Shown piece by piece: positions 1-7,968 of a stretch of 64,000 bases of DNA. The notes beneath the pieces are model-generated. The model had not been told where the DNA came from and made no database searches. It saw only the letters and a program-made list of their open reading frames with translations. The position numbers were made by a program, and so were the translations under genes. The stretch lies in contig JACQLT010000002.1 of the NCBI GenBank assembly GCA_016203945.1, forward strand, positions 157,189 to 221,188, read 5' to 3'. Source of the stretch: Parcubacteria group bacterium (GTDB taxonomy: Bacteria > Patescibacteriota > Minisyncoccia > Minisyncoccales > UBA10102). How positions within the stretch are numbered: position 1 is the stretch's first letter; each line of letters opens with the position of its first letter.

Positions 1-810
1 CAGGCGGCCCCGCAAGGAGTTTAGAATGGACTCTGACTGCTCCATGATCTCTTTGAGCATAAAGTGCTCATACCCGCCCTTCTGGGCTTCTTCAACAGAC
101 CACTCAAGTTCAACCGCCTCCTTTACTTTGGAAACATTGAAGAGATCGGAAACCTGGAAACCGTGCTCCGTGATGACCGCAACCTCTCCGTCTTCCAGAA
201 ACACCATTTTGTTGGAATGGGAAACGAGCGCCGCAGGGTCAGATGCCACGTATCCTCCCTCGGTGTTCGTTGCAAGCACGAGAGGGCTTGAAAGACGCGC
301 TGCTACAAGCTTTTCGGGATCTTGTTTTGCGATCACCACCAGCCCGTACGTACCGCGCACCAGCTGCAACGCTTTGCGTACCGCATCTTCAAGGTTGCCC
401 TCAAAAAAATCTTCAATGAGGTGGCTCAAAACCTCAGTGTCCGTCTGGGAGGCGAATGTATGCCCACGCTTCTCAAGTTTCTCTCGCAGGATACGATAGT
501 TTTCAATAATGCCGTTATGCACCACAAAGATATTGCCGTTACAGTCTGCGTGCGGATGCGCGTTTTCCTCGGTCACCCCTCCGTGCGTCGCCCATCTTAC
601 GTGGCCAACACCAAGCCCTCCTTGTATGCGGAAAGAGCCAAGTTTCTCTTCTAACGCCTCAAGCTTGCCCACGGCTTTTACTATCTGCGCGTCCTTACCA
701 AACACTACAACGCCAGAAGAGTCGTATCCCCTATAACTCTCTCGCCTGAGCCCTTCTATGAGAACGGGAAGGGCGTTTTCTTTTCCCACGTATCCGATAA
801 TTCCACACAT
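1..810 (-). CDS. glmS: Glutamine--fructose-6-phosphate aminotransferase, first 270 codons (rest of gene lies beyond window start)
   Basis: Absent from the ORF track because it runs off the window. The reverse complement from ATG at 810-808 reads MCGIIGYVGKENALPVLIEGLRRESYRGYDSSG. Further in (about 541-609) it reads VGHVRWATHGGVTEENAHPH. These are the N-terminal Cys nucleophile and the RWATHG/NAHPH motifs of GlmS. Confidence 0.9.
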   Translation of the reverse strand, partial: MCGIIGYVGKENALPVLIEGLRRESYRGYDSSGVVVFGKDAQIVKAVGKLEALEEKLGSFRIQGGLGVGHVRWATHGGVTEENAHPHADCNGNIFVVHNGIIENYRILREKLEKRGHTFASQTDTEVLSHLIEDFFEGNLEDAVRKALQLVRGTYGLVVIAKQDPEKLVAARLSSPLVLATNTEGGYVASDPAALVSHSNKMVFLEDGEVAVITEHGFQVSDLFNVSKVKEAVELEWSVEEAQKGGYEHFMLKEIMEQSESILNSLRGRL

Positions 811-832
811 AGAAATCTACGAATTTCGTTGA

Positions 833-3244
833 TTAAATCACAATGTTAACAAGGCGGCCTTGCACAACGACAACCTTTTTCGGTTTCTGTCCAGAGAGCC
901 ATTTTTGCACTTTCTGGCTCTCTAAGGCAACTTTTTCTGCCTCCTTTGCAGATATGTCTGGCAAAACCTGTACAATGTCTCTCACCTTACCGTTCACCTG
1001 CAGAATAAGATTTAAAACCTTTTCTTTCAGAATTTTGGGGTCGTAAGGGGGCCACTTCTGCTCGTGCACGCTTCCCTTCTTTCCCAGAATCTCCCAAAGT
1101 TCTTCTGTAATATGGGGAGCAAATGGTGCTGTGAGCACCAAGAGCGTCTCAACATCTTTTTTGGCCGGCTCCTTTGCTATCTCGTTTGAGTACTCCATGA
1201 GGGCGGCGATGGCCGTGTTGTACTTTAACTCCTCAATATCTTCCGTCACCTTCTTGATGGTGCGATGCCGCATGGCCTCAAGTCCGCTTTTTTTGTCCTG
1301 TGCTTTGTGAGCCATTGCCCAGACGCGATGAAGAAAGCGGAACACCCCCTGAATTCCCCTATCTGACCATTCTCCTCCCTCAGAAAACGGCCCCGTGAAC
1401 ATAAGGTACATCCTTACGGCGTCTGCCCCGCGGCTCTCAAAATACTCATCCGGGTTCACCACATTTCCTTTCGATTTAGACATCTTCATTCCCCCCTTGA
1501 TAAGGAGCCCGTGGGCGCGAAACTTCCTGAAGGGCTCTTCAAAATCAATGAGACCGATGTCTTTTAGGGCCATGGTGATGAACCTTGCATACAGGAGGTG
1601 GAGAACCGCATGCTCCTGGCCTCCGATGTACATGTCTACGGGGAGCCACCGCCTTGTAATCTGCTGACTCCAAGGAACTTCTAATCCTACAGATGGATAC
1701 CGCAGGAAGTACCAAGAGGAATCAAAGAACGTATCTGAAACGTCGGTCTCTCTTTTAGCTGATCCCTTACATTTTGGACATGTTGTATTCAGAAAACTCT
1801 CAACTGTTGCTAAAGGAGACTTTCCTTTTCCAGTAGGACGAAAATTCTTTACATAAGGAAGCAACACAGGGAGGTCTTCCTCTGGGACGGGAACCGTGCC
1901 GCATTTTTTGCAGTATATGATGGGAATCGGAACTCCCCAATACCTCTGGCGACTGATGAGCCAGTCGCGAAGATGATACTTGGTCGTCTTCTGTCCTCCT
2001 ACGGACTTCACAATCTCCCATTTCGCCTCTTCAGAAGGCATGCCGTCAAACCTTCCTGATCCAACTAAATACCCGGGCTCTGTGTATGCCTCCTCCAACA
2101 CGGGGCAGGTATGAGATCTTGGCTCTAAAGGGCAAATCACCATGGTGCTTTTGAGATTGTATTTCTCCGCAAACTCCCAGTCGCGTTGATCATGAGCGGG
2201 AACTGCCATAATGGCTCCGGTGCCGTAAGAGGCCAATACATAATCTGCACTGAAGATGGGGATCTCTTCTTTGGTTGCGGGATTGACTGCTTTTAGTCCC
2301 TGCAACTCAACTCCTGTTTTTTCTTTCGTAAGTTCCGTGCGCTCCAGCTCCGTCTTCTTTATCGCTGCCTCAATATATTCTCGAACCTCCTCTCCGTTTC
2401 GAATTTCGGATTTTTCGTTTTGGGCTCCGAGAAGCAAAGCGACGAGAGGGTGTTCTGGGGCCATCACCACATACGTGGCTCCGTATAAAGTATCCGGCCG
2501 CGTCGTGAATACTTCTATTTGATATTTGGATTTTGGAATTTGAAATTTTATAAGCGCTCCTTCTGACTTCCCTATCCAGTTTCTCTGGGCAAGTTTCGTG
2601 CGTTCTGACCAGTCAATCTTTTCTAAGTTCTTTAAAAGCCGACCTGCGTATTTTGTAATCCCGAAAAACCACTGCTCAAGCTCTTTTTGGATAACCTCAG
2701 AATCGCACCTTTCGCATCTTCCCTGAATGACCTGCTCGTCAGCCAGAACAGTCTTGCAGGAAGGACACCAGTCAACAGGAGCTTTCCCCCGATAGGCTAA
2801 CCCCGCCTTGTAAAGTTGAAGAAAAAGCCACTGCGTCCACTTGTAGTATTCTGGCTTTGTGGTGTCCACCTCGTGCTCCCAGGCAAACAAAGCCCCGAGC
2901 CGCTTTAACTGCTTTCTGAAGTTTCGAATGTTCTTTTCTGTCTGCTCTTTGGGATGCGTTCCCTGCTTGATGGCAAAGTTTTCAGAGTGAATACCGAAGG
3001 CATCAAACCCCATGGGTTCAAAGACGTCGTATCCCTGCATGCGCCTGAACCTTCCGTGAATGTCGGATCCCGTGAAGGCGTACACGTTCCCCACGTGCAG
3101 TCCCTCGGCCGAGGGGTAAGGGAACATCATAAGGTTGTAGTACGGCTTCTTGGCCTTTTTCAAATCAACCTTCCAGGCCTTCTTTTCAGCCCAAATCTTT
3201 CGCCACTTCTCCTCTACCTGAAAGTAGTCGTAGCGCTTTCTCAT
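833..3244 (-). CDS. leuS: Leucyl-tRNA synthetase
   Basis: 803-aa ORF. It has a class I HIGH-type motif (GLHVGNVYAFTGSD), KMSKSKGN, and CP1/Zn-type Cys pairs (CPSC...CERC). Confidence 0.95.
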   Translation of the reverse strand: MRKRYDYFQVEEKWRKIWAEKKAWKVDLKKAKKPYYNLMMFPYPSAEGLHVGNVYAFTGSDIHGRFRRMQGYDVFEPMGFDAFGIHSENFAIKQGTHPKEQTEKNIRNFRKQLKRLGALFAWEHEVDTTKPEYYKWTQWLFLQLYKAGLAYRGKAPVDWCPSCKTVLADEQVIQGRCERCDSEVIQKELEQWFFGITKYAGRLLKNLEKIDWSERTKLAQRNWIGKSEGALIKFQIPKSKYQIEVFTTRPDTLYGATYVVMAPEHPLVALLLGAQNEKSEIRNGEEVREYIEAAIKKTELERTELTKEKTGVELQGLKAVNPATKEEIPIFSADYVLASYGTGAIMAVPAHDQRDWEFAEKYNLKSTMVICPLEPRSHTCPVLEEAYTEPGYLVGSGRFDGMPSEEAKWEIVKSVGGQKTTKYHLRDWLISRQRYWGVPIPIIYCKKCGTVPVPEEDLPVLLPYVKNFRPTGKGKSPLATVESFLNTTCPKCKGSAKRETDVSDTFFDSSWYFLRYPSVGLEVPWSQQITRRWLPVDMYIGGQEHAVLHLLYARFITMALKDIGLIDFEEPFRKFRAHGLLIKGGMKMSKSKGNVVNPDEYFESRGADAVRMYLMFTGPFSEGGEWSDRGIQGVFRFLHRVWAMAHKAQDKKSGLEAMRHRTIKKVTEDIEELKYNTAIAALMEYSNEIAKEPAKKDVETLLVLTAPFAPHITEELWEILGKKGSVHEQKWPPYDPKILKEKVLNLILQVNGKVRDIVQVLPDISAKEAEKVALESQKVQKWLSGQKPKKVVVVQGRLVNIVI

Positions 3245-3251
3245 AGAGCAA

Positions 3252-3257
3252 ATTGTA
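3252..3257 (-). promoter_or_regulatory. Putative -10 box (TACAAT) 7 nt upstream of the leuS ATG
   Basis: The minus strand reads gcgTACAATttgctctATG. There is no Shine-Dalgarno sequence between the box and the start, which suggests a leaderless transcript. Confidence 0.35.
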
Positions 3258-3324
3258 CGCTTTTTCAGTGTTTTTGTCTACAAAAACAAAAACTTCTCTT
3301 TTTGTACCCTCATGCGGAGATGAC

Positions 3325-3333
3325 TGGTATAAT
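3325..3333 (+). promoter_or_regulatory. Putative extended -10 box (TGgTATAAT) 6 nt upstream of the glycosylase ATG
   Basis: The plus strand reads TGGTATAATtacagcATG, with the ATG at 3340. No SD is present. Confidence 0.45.
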
Positions 3334-3339
3334 TACAGC

Positions 3340-4176
3340 ATGCGAATACCCGAGTTCCAAAACCACATTCTGAGCTGGTACAAGCGCAATCGGCGGGATA
3401 TGCCGTGGAGGCGCACAAAAAACCCATATCGCATCCTTGTTTCTGAAGTCATGCTTCAGCAAACGCAGGTTTCTCGCGTACTTGTAAAATACCCGGAATT
3501 TTTGCGGGCGTTTCCCACACTGGAAGCACTTGCAAAAGTCCCAAAAAGAAAGCTTTTACAAATTTGGTCTGGGCTCGGATATTGGCGAAGGGCGCTCTAT
3601 CTTCAAAAAGCTTGTTCTGTCATTCTTAGGCAATATCAGGGAAAATTTCCTCGAGACCCAAAACTTCTAGAACGGCTGCCCGGGGTTGGCCATTATACGG
3701 CCCGAGCTCTCACGTGCTTTTCGTTTGGGGCTTCTGACGCTTTTTTAGATACCAATATCAGAAGAACATATATTCATTTCTTTTTTCCAAAACGCAAAAA
3801 CGTGTCAGACAAACAAATTTTACGAATCGCCAAAAAGGCCCTATACCCTATTTGGTACGACCGTACTAAACACGGTATATCTCCAAGGGAATGGCACTAT
3901 GCGCTTTTCGACTATGGGGCGCTTGTGCTGAAAGACAAAAAGATAAATAGGCAAAGCAAGCATTACACAAAGCAAAAAAAGTTCGAGGGGTCGTTTCGCT
4001 CATTCCGCACCAAGATCATGCGCTTTCTCTTAGAGCAGCCAAATCAAAAAGCCACCCTGCGCAAAATAGAAACGATGCTCAAAAAATCGGGGTCTCCTTA
4101 TTCTTCCAAAAAAATTCTGTCCTCTCTGCAAAAAGACGACCTCATAAAAAAACGAAGAAGATCTTACTCCCTCTAA
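3340..4176 (+). CDS. HhH-GPD superfamily DNA glycosylase (MutY/Nth-like N-terminal domain) without a Cys4 Fe-S loop
   Basis: Contains WYKRNRRDMPWRRTKNPYRILVSEVMLQQTQVSRV, LPGVGHYTARAL (HhH-GPD) and FLDTNIRR (catalytic Asp). There are only 2 Cys in the whole protein. I trimmed the start from the track ORF (3253) to the internal ATG at 3340, which sits behind the -10 box. Confidence 0.75.
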   Translation: MRIPEFQNHILSWYKRNRRDMPWRRTKNPYRILVSEVMLQQTQVSRVLVKYPEFLRAFPTLEALAKVPKRKLLQIWSGLGYWRRALYLQKACSVILRQYQGKFPRDPKLLERLPGVGHYTARALTCFSFGASDAFLDTNIRRTYIHFFFPKRKNVSDKQILRIAKKALYPIWYDRTKHGISPREWHYALFDYGALVLKDKKINRQSKHYTKQKKFEGSFRSFRTKIMRFLLEQPNQKATLRKIETMLKKSGSPYSSKKILSSLQKDDLIKKRRRSYSL

Positions 4177-4185
4177 TCCTTAGTT

Positions 4186-4206
4186 ATCCTTGGCTAAGCC
4201 AAGGAT
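4186..4206. terminator. Hairpin between convergent genes (ATCCTTGGC-TAA-GCCAAGGAT)
   Basis: A perfect 9-bp stem with a 3-nt loop. It lies between the glycosylase stop (4174-4176) and the TatD stop (4206-4208). Confidence 0.45.
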
Positions 4207-5081
4207 TATATGCCAAAAAGGGTTTTTGCGTTTTGGGTGGTGACGCGGGCCACCTCTTCTAAAGAAATACTTTTGATTCTCGCGATTTCTTCTGCGACAT
4301 ACTGAACGTTGAGGGGTTCATTCCGCTCTTCTTTTGCTTGTGGCGGGGCCAGATACGGAGAATCTGTTTCTAATACGATCCGCTCAAGCGGAATTGACGA
4401 TACCACCTCCTCTGGACTTGGAAGCGCTGGAACCTGCTTAAGTATGAGCCCGTTAAATCCGATGTGCAATCCTTTTTCTACGAACCGCCGCGCCTGTTCT
4501 GTGGTTCCGGTATAGCAATGGACAACGCCTCGGCCGTTCCAACCGTCAATGAGCGCAAGAAGATCCTCGTGCGCCTTCCTGCAGTGGAATATAACGGAGA
4601 GGTTCAACTCTTGCGCAAGCTTCATCTGTTCCCTTAATGCATGCCTTTGCTTTTTCCGCGCCTCTTCGCGCTTTGTCTTGTTTTTGGATTCGTAATAGTA
4701 GTCCAGCCCGACTTCTCCTATCGCAACCACCCTCTCGCTCCGGGCCAGCAGCTTGTATTTCTCATACTCAAACTCTTCTGATCGCGTCTCAAACCCCGCA
4801 AGAAACTGCGCCCGCCCAGGGCGGGCTGTTTCTAACAGAGCCGATTGAAGTTCGAGACCGTCTACATGGCGCTTCTCCCCCAGGTGAATGGGATGAATGC
4901 CGACCGCGGCATATACTCCTTCTTCATATTGCCCCGCCATTTCCACGGCCCGCTTTGAGGTAGAGTACTGGGTTCCTGGCATAACAACCCAAATATCCGA
5001 ATCTAAGGCTCGCCTGAGAACTTCTTGAGCATCACCTTTAAACGCGTTGAAGTTTACGTGGCCGTGCGTGTCTATGAGCAT
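4206..5081 (-). CDS. TatD-family metal-dependent hydrolase/DNase
   Basis: 291 aa. It starts MLIDTHGHVNF (HxH metal motif), and continues with GEVGLDYYY, VIFHCR and LETDSPYL, the typical TatD/YcfH pattern. An extra segment of about 30 aa sits after the GLDYY motif. Confidence 0.85.
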   Translation of the reverse strand: MLIDTHGHVNFNAFKGDAQEVLRRALDSDIWVVMPGTQYSTSKRAVEMAGQYEEGVYAAVGIHPIHLGEKRHVDGLELQSALLETARPGRAQFLAGFETRSEEFEYEKYKLLARSERVVAIGEVGLDYYYESKNKTKREEARKKQRHALREQMKLAQELNLSVIFHCRKAHEDLLALIDGWNGRGVVHCYTGTTEQARRFVEKGLHIGFNGLILKQVPALPSPEEVVSSIPLERIVLETDSPYLAPPQAKEERNEPLNVQYVAEEIARIKSISLEEVARVTTQNAKTLFGI

Positions 5082-5107
5082 AGGAGTATTGTAGCCGACT
5101 TTTCAAT

Positions 5108-5138
5108 AAAAAAAAGGCCTTACCGCAAGAGCAAGGCC
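5108..5138 (-). terminator. Rho-independent terminator for the small ORF 5172-5426
   Basis: The minus strand reads GGCCTTgctcttgcggtAAGGCC followed by T8. Confidence 0.55.
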
Positions 5139-5171
5139 AGTAACGGAAGAACGGTGTGATCTTAGTGGATT

Positions 5172-5426
5172 TTAGTGTATGAAGGTGTCGTAACGCTTCT
5201 TGCGGCGAGGGACTGCCGCGACTTCGAGGAAGGCGGGCTCAACCCGTTCGGCCTCCAATTGGCTCTGGACCCTGGGAATGAGCCGCTTTCTCAAGTCCTT
5301 GAGCCGGAATTCCCGACGATGGGTGCGCTCAGATCCGTTCGCGCGCCTCAGGATCTCTTCCAGCCGCGCTGCTTCTCCGCAGTAGTTGAGAAAACGAACC
5401 TGAAGATCACCGTTTCTGCTTTCCAC
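5172..5426 (-). CDS. Hypothetical 84-aa protein (self-contained unit)
   Basis: The ORF is preceded by AGGAAGGAGatagATG (strong SD) and followed by the terminator at 5108-5138. I recognise no motif. The overlapping plus-strand ORF (5175-5471) looks less protein-like. Confidence 0.4.
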   Translation of the reverse strand: MESRNGDLQVRFLNYCGEAARLEEILRRANGSERTHRREFRLKDLRKRLIPRVQSQLEAERVEPAFLEVAAVPRRKKRYDTFIH

Positions 5427-5496
5427 ATCTATCTCCTTCCTGAAGGTACTGTCTGCGCTACCGTTCTTTGAAGTATGTGAGAGGCAAGGACTGCTG

Positions 5497-6930
5497 TCAA
5501 GTTTCTTTGCGGGGAAACAGGGGTTGAGAAGTGTTTGTTTGAAGCTGCTGAAGAATTTTCTGCGAGGTCTCTGGAAGAAATGAGGCTACCAGACGCGCTA
5601 TTTCCTGAATAGCAAACAGCAGATTACCAATTCTCTTTTCTTGCCTTTCGTGTTTCTCCCAAGGACGCTCTCTCTCTATATAACGATCACAGTACCTAAT
5701 GACATTCCAGATAAAAACTAGGGCTTCATTAAATCTAAATTCTTCTATGGCCTTATCGCAAGCCCTTTTATTTTTATCAATAATTTTCTGAAAACCGGGA
5801 GTCAATGCGCTTTTAGGAATTGGGGGCTGGGCATTGAGAACTAACTTTAATACTCTCGCCACCAGATTTCCTAGTCCATTCGCCAAGTCAGCATTATACC
5901 GTTCTTGAAACTTCTCTTCGGTGAAGTCGCCGTCTTCTGCAGAAGGGATTTCGCGCAGTAAAAAGTACCTCACCGCATCGGCGCCATATTCTTCAATAAG
6001 CTGAAAAGGGTCCACTGTGTTGCCCAAGGATTTTGACATTTTCTCTCCTCCGACATTGATAAATCCGTGCACGAAAATGACACGGGGCAATGGCAAATTC
6101 AGGGCGAACAATATGCCAGGCCAAATGGTGGCGTGAAACCTCAAGATGTCCTTGCCCACCACATGGATGTCAGCTGGCCAGTATTTCTTGAATTTTTTAC
6201 CATCGGGATACTCCAGGACGGAGAGATAATTTACAAGTGCGTCCGCCCATACGTATATCGTCTGCGTATCATCTCCTGGAACGGGGATTCCCCAGGCCAG
6301 GTCTTTGCGAGGCCGAGAAAAGCTCACATCCTGCAAACCCTCTGAAATAAAGCTGAGCATTTCGCGCTTTCTTGTTTCTGGCACGATGCGGAGAATGTCT
6401 TTCTCCAGGGCTTCCCTGATTTGAGATTCGTACTTGGAAAGGCGGAAGAACCAATTGCGCTCTTTGATGTGTTCAGGTTCGGTTCCGTGAATCTTACACT
6501 TCCCGTCTGCGAGATCCTTCTGAGTAATGAACGCTTCGCAGCCCACACAATACAACCCCTCATATTCCTTTTCATATAAATCTCCTTTCTTTTGAAGCTC
6601 TTTCCAAACAACTTCCACTGAGGGCCAATGCCGCTTTTGGTCGGTGGTTCTAATAAAATCAGTGTTTGAAATATTGAGGGCACGGGCAAGTTCTTGAAAC
6701 TGCTCTGCAATACCATCCACAAATTTTTGAGGGGGCAGGTTCTGCTGCGAGGCGGCTTTTGCGATCTTTGCTCCGTGCTCATCGGTTCCCGTCAAAAAAA
6801 ACGTGTCCTCGCCTTTTCGCCTATGCCATCTTGCAATCACATCTGCCTGAACAAATTCTAAAGCATGGCCGATATGCGCCGGCGCATTTACATAGGGTAT
6901 TGCTGTTGAAATATAGAACTTCTTTTCCAT
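5497..6930 (-). CDS. metG: Methionyl-tRNA synthetase (short form, no C-terminal tRNA-binding domain)
   Basis: 477 aa. Contains PYVNAPAHIGHALE (HIGH), KMSKSLGN and the CVGCEAF...CKIHG Zn knuckle. Confidence 0.95.
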   Translation of the reverse strand: MEKKFYISTAIPYVNAPAHIGHALEFVQADVIARWHRRKGEDTFFLTGTDEHGAKIAKAASQQNLPPQKFVDGIAEQFQELARALNISNTDFIRTTDQKRHWPSVEVVWKELQKKGDLYEKEYEGLYCVGCEAFITQKDLADGKCKIHGTEPEHIKERNWFFRLSKYESQIREALEKDILRIVPETRKREMLSFISEGLQDVSFSRPRKDLAWGIPVPGDDTQTIYVWADALVNYLSVLEYPDGKKFKKYWPADIHVVGKDILRFHATIWPGILFALNLPLPRVIFVHGFINVGGEKMSKSLGNTVDPFQLIEEYGADAVRYFLLREIPSAEDGDFTEEKFQERYNADLANGLGNLVARVLKLVLNAQPPIPKSALTPGFQKIIDKNKRACDKAIEEFRFNEALVFIWNVIRYCDRYIERERPWEKHERQEKRIGNLLFAIQEIARLVASFLPETSQKILQQLQTNTSQPLFPRKET

Positions 6931-7968
6931 TCAATCGGCCGCTTCTTCTTCCGCCTTCTTCTTTCTCTCTAGGAAATCGTGGAGGAACTCGAAAAGAATG
7001 CCAGCTAAAGGAACCGCGAGAAATGCCCCTATTATGCCCCACAGCCTACCTCCGACTGCGAGAGAGACGAGAACAAGAACCGGGTGAAGCCCCACAAACC
7101 TACGGCTCAACAGGGGCGTGAGTACGTTATTCTCAATCTGCTGAATAAGGGTGAATGCTCCCACCATAAAGAGGGCGCGCAAGGGTGAATCCAGGCCGAC
7201 GATGATCGCAATGAGGAATCCTGCGATGAGAGGACCCACGATGGGAACAAAGTTTGTGATGCCGGCGATCACGGACAAGGAAACTGGGTAACGAACGTCA
7301 AAAATCAAAAGAGTGAAATATGTGAGAAGGCCAACGAACAGCGAACTGATGATGCGGGAAAGGAACCACCCCGAAACGCGCTTTTGAGATCTTCTCCAAA
7401 GGTTGAATGCAAGGGTTTCATATCGCTTCGGGAAAAGGAACGAGATAGCGCGCTCTACCGTGCGCTCTTCAAGAGAAACGAATAATGCCATGCTCAATAT
7501 GAAAATAGCGGAGATTATACCCCCGAGCACCGCAAAAAGTCCGTTCAAGACTCCCGAGGCTAGGTCTTGCGCATTCTTATTTAAAACATCGATGAGTTCT
7601 TGAACGTCGGAAAACGCCACGAGTCCGAGGTCTCTGAGCGGAGGAGAAATGCTATTGAAGTATTCGGGGAAGCGCCCTGAAAAACGTTGGAGTTCCAGGG
7701 TAAAAAATGGGGTCATGGCGTAGATCATGAGCGCGAGGAGGCCAAACGAGGCCAGATATATTCCCACGGCAGCTGCGACCCTGGGAACCTTGAACTTTAC
7801 GAAGAACTCAATGACCGGATTGAAGAGAATGGAAATGACCATTCCTAAAATCAGCCACAGCAATATATCTTTGATGAGGAAGAACACGTATAGCCCAAGC
7901 ACCGCAACGAAAATCTTCACGATGCTGCCCCAGGAGAGGTCGAGGAGACGTTCTTTACTTGGATTCAT
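6931..7968 (-). CDS. AI-2E (PerM/YhhT) family transporter
   Basis: A polytopic hydrophobic protein with the typical C-terminal AFLAVPLAGIL segment. I trimmed the start to ATG 7968, which forms an ATGA overlap with the upstream stop. Confidence 0.8.
   Translation of the reverse strand: MNPSKERLLDLSWGSIVKIFVAVLGLYVFFLIKDILLWLILGMVISILFNPVIEFFVKFKVPRVAAAVGIYLASFGLLALMIYAMTPFFTLELQRFSGRFPEYFNSISPPLRDLGLVAFSDVQELIDVLNKNAQDLASGVLNGLFAVLGGIISAIFILSMALFVSLEERTVERAISFLFPKRYETLAFNLWRRSQKRVSGWFLSRIISSLFVGLLTYFTLLIFDVRYPVSLSVIAGITNFVPIVGPLIAGFLIAIIVGLDSPLRALFMVGAFTLIQQIENNVLTPLLSRRFVGLHPVLVLVSLAVGGRLWGIIGAFLAVPLAGILFEFLHDFLERKKKAEEEAAD

Noticed and set aside
26-736. Plus-strand ORFs at the window start (26-499, 64-291, 322-654, 509-736)
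   Set aside because: They lie antisense to, or out of frame with, a clear GlmS reading frame on the minus strand (MCGIIGYVGK..., RWATHG...NAHPH). Their composition is low-complexity Ser/Arg-rich.
5226-5240. GAGGAAGGCGGGCTC, which resembles the RNase P RNA P4 motif GAGGAAAGUCCGGGCUC, in a ~360-nt gap
   Set aside because: I could not find the other conserved RNase P RNA blocks (an ACAGAA...GGCUUA-type 3' P4 strand, GGUAA or GUGCAACAGAA-like elements). The minus strand here has an ORF with a strong SD and a terminator.
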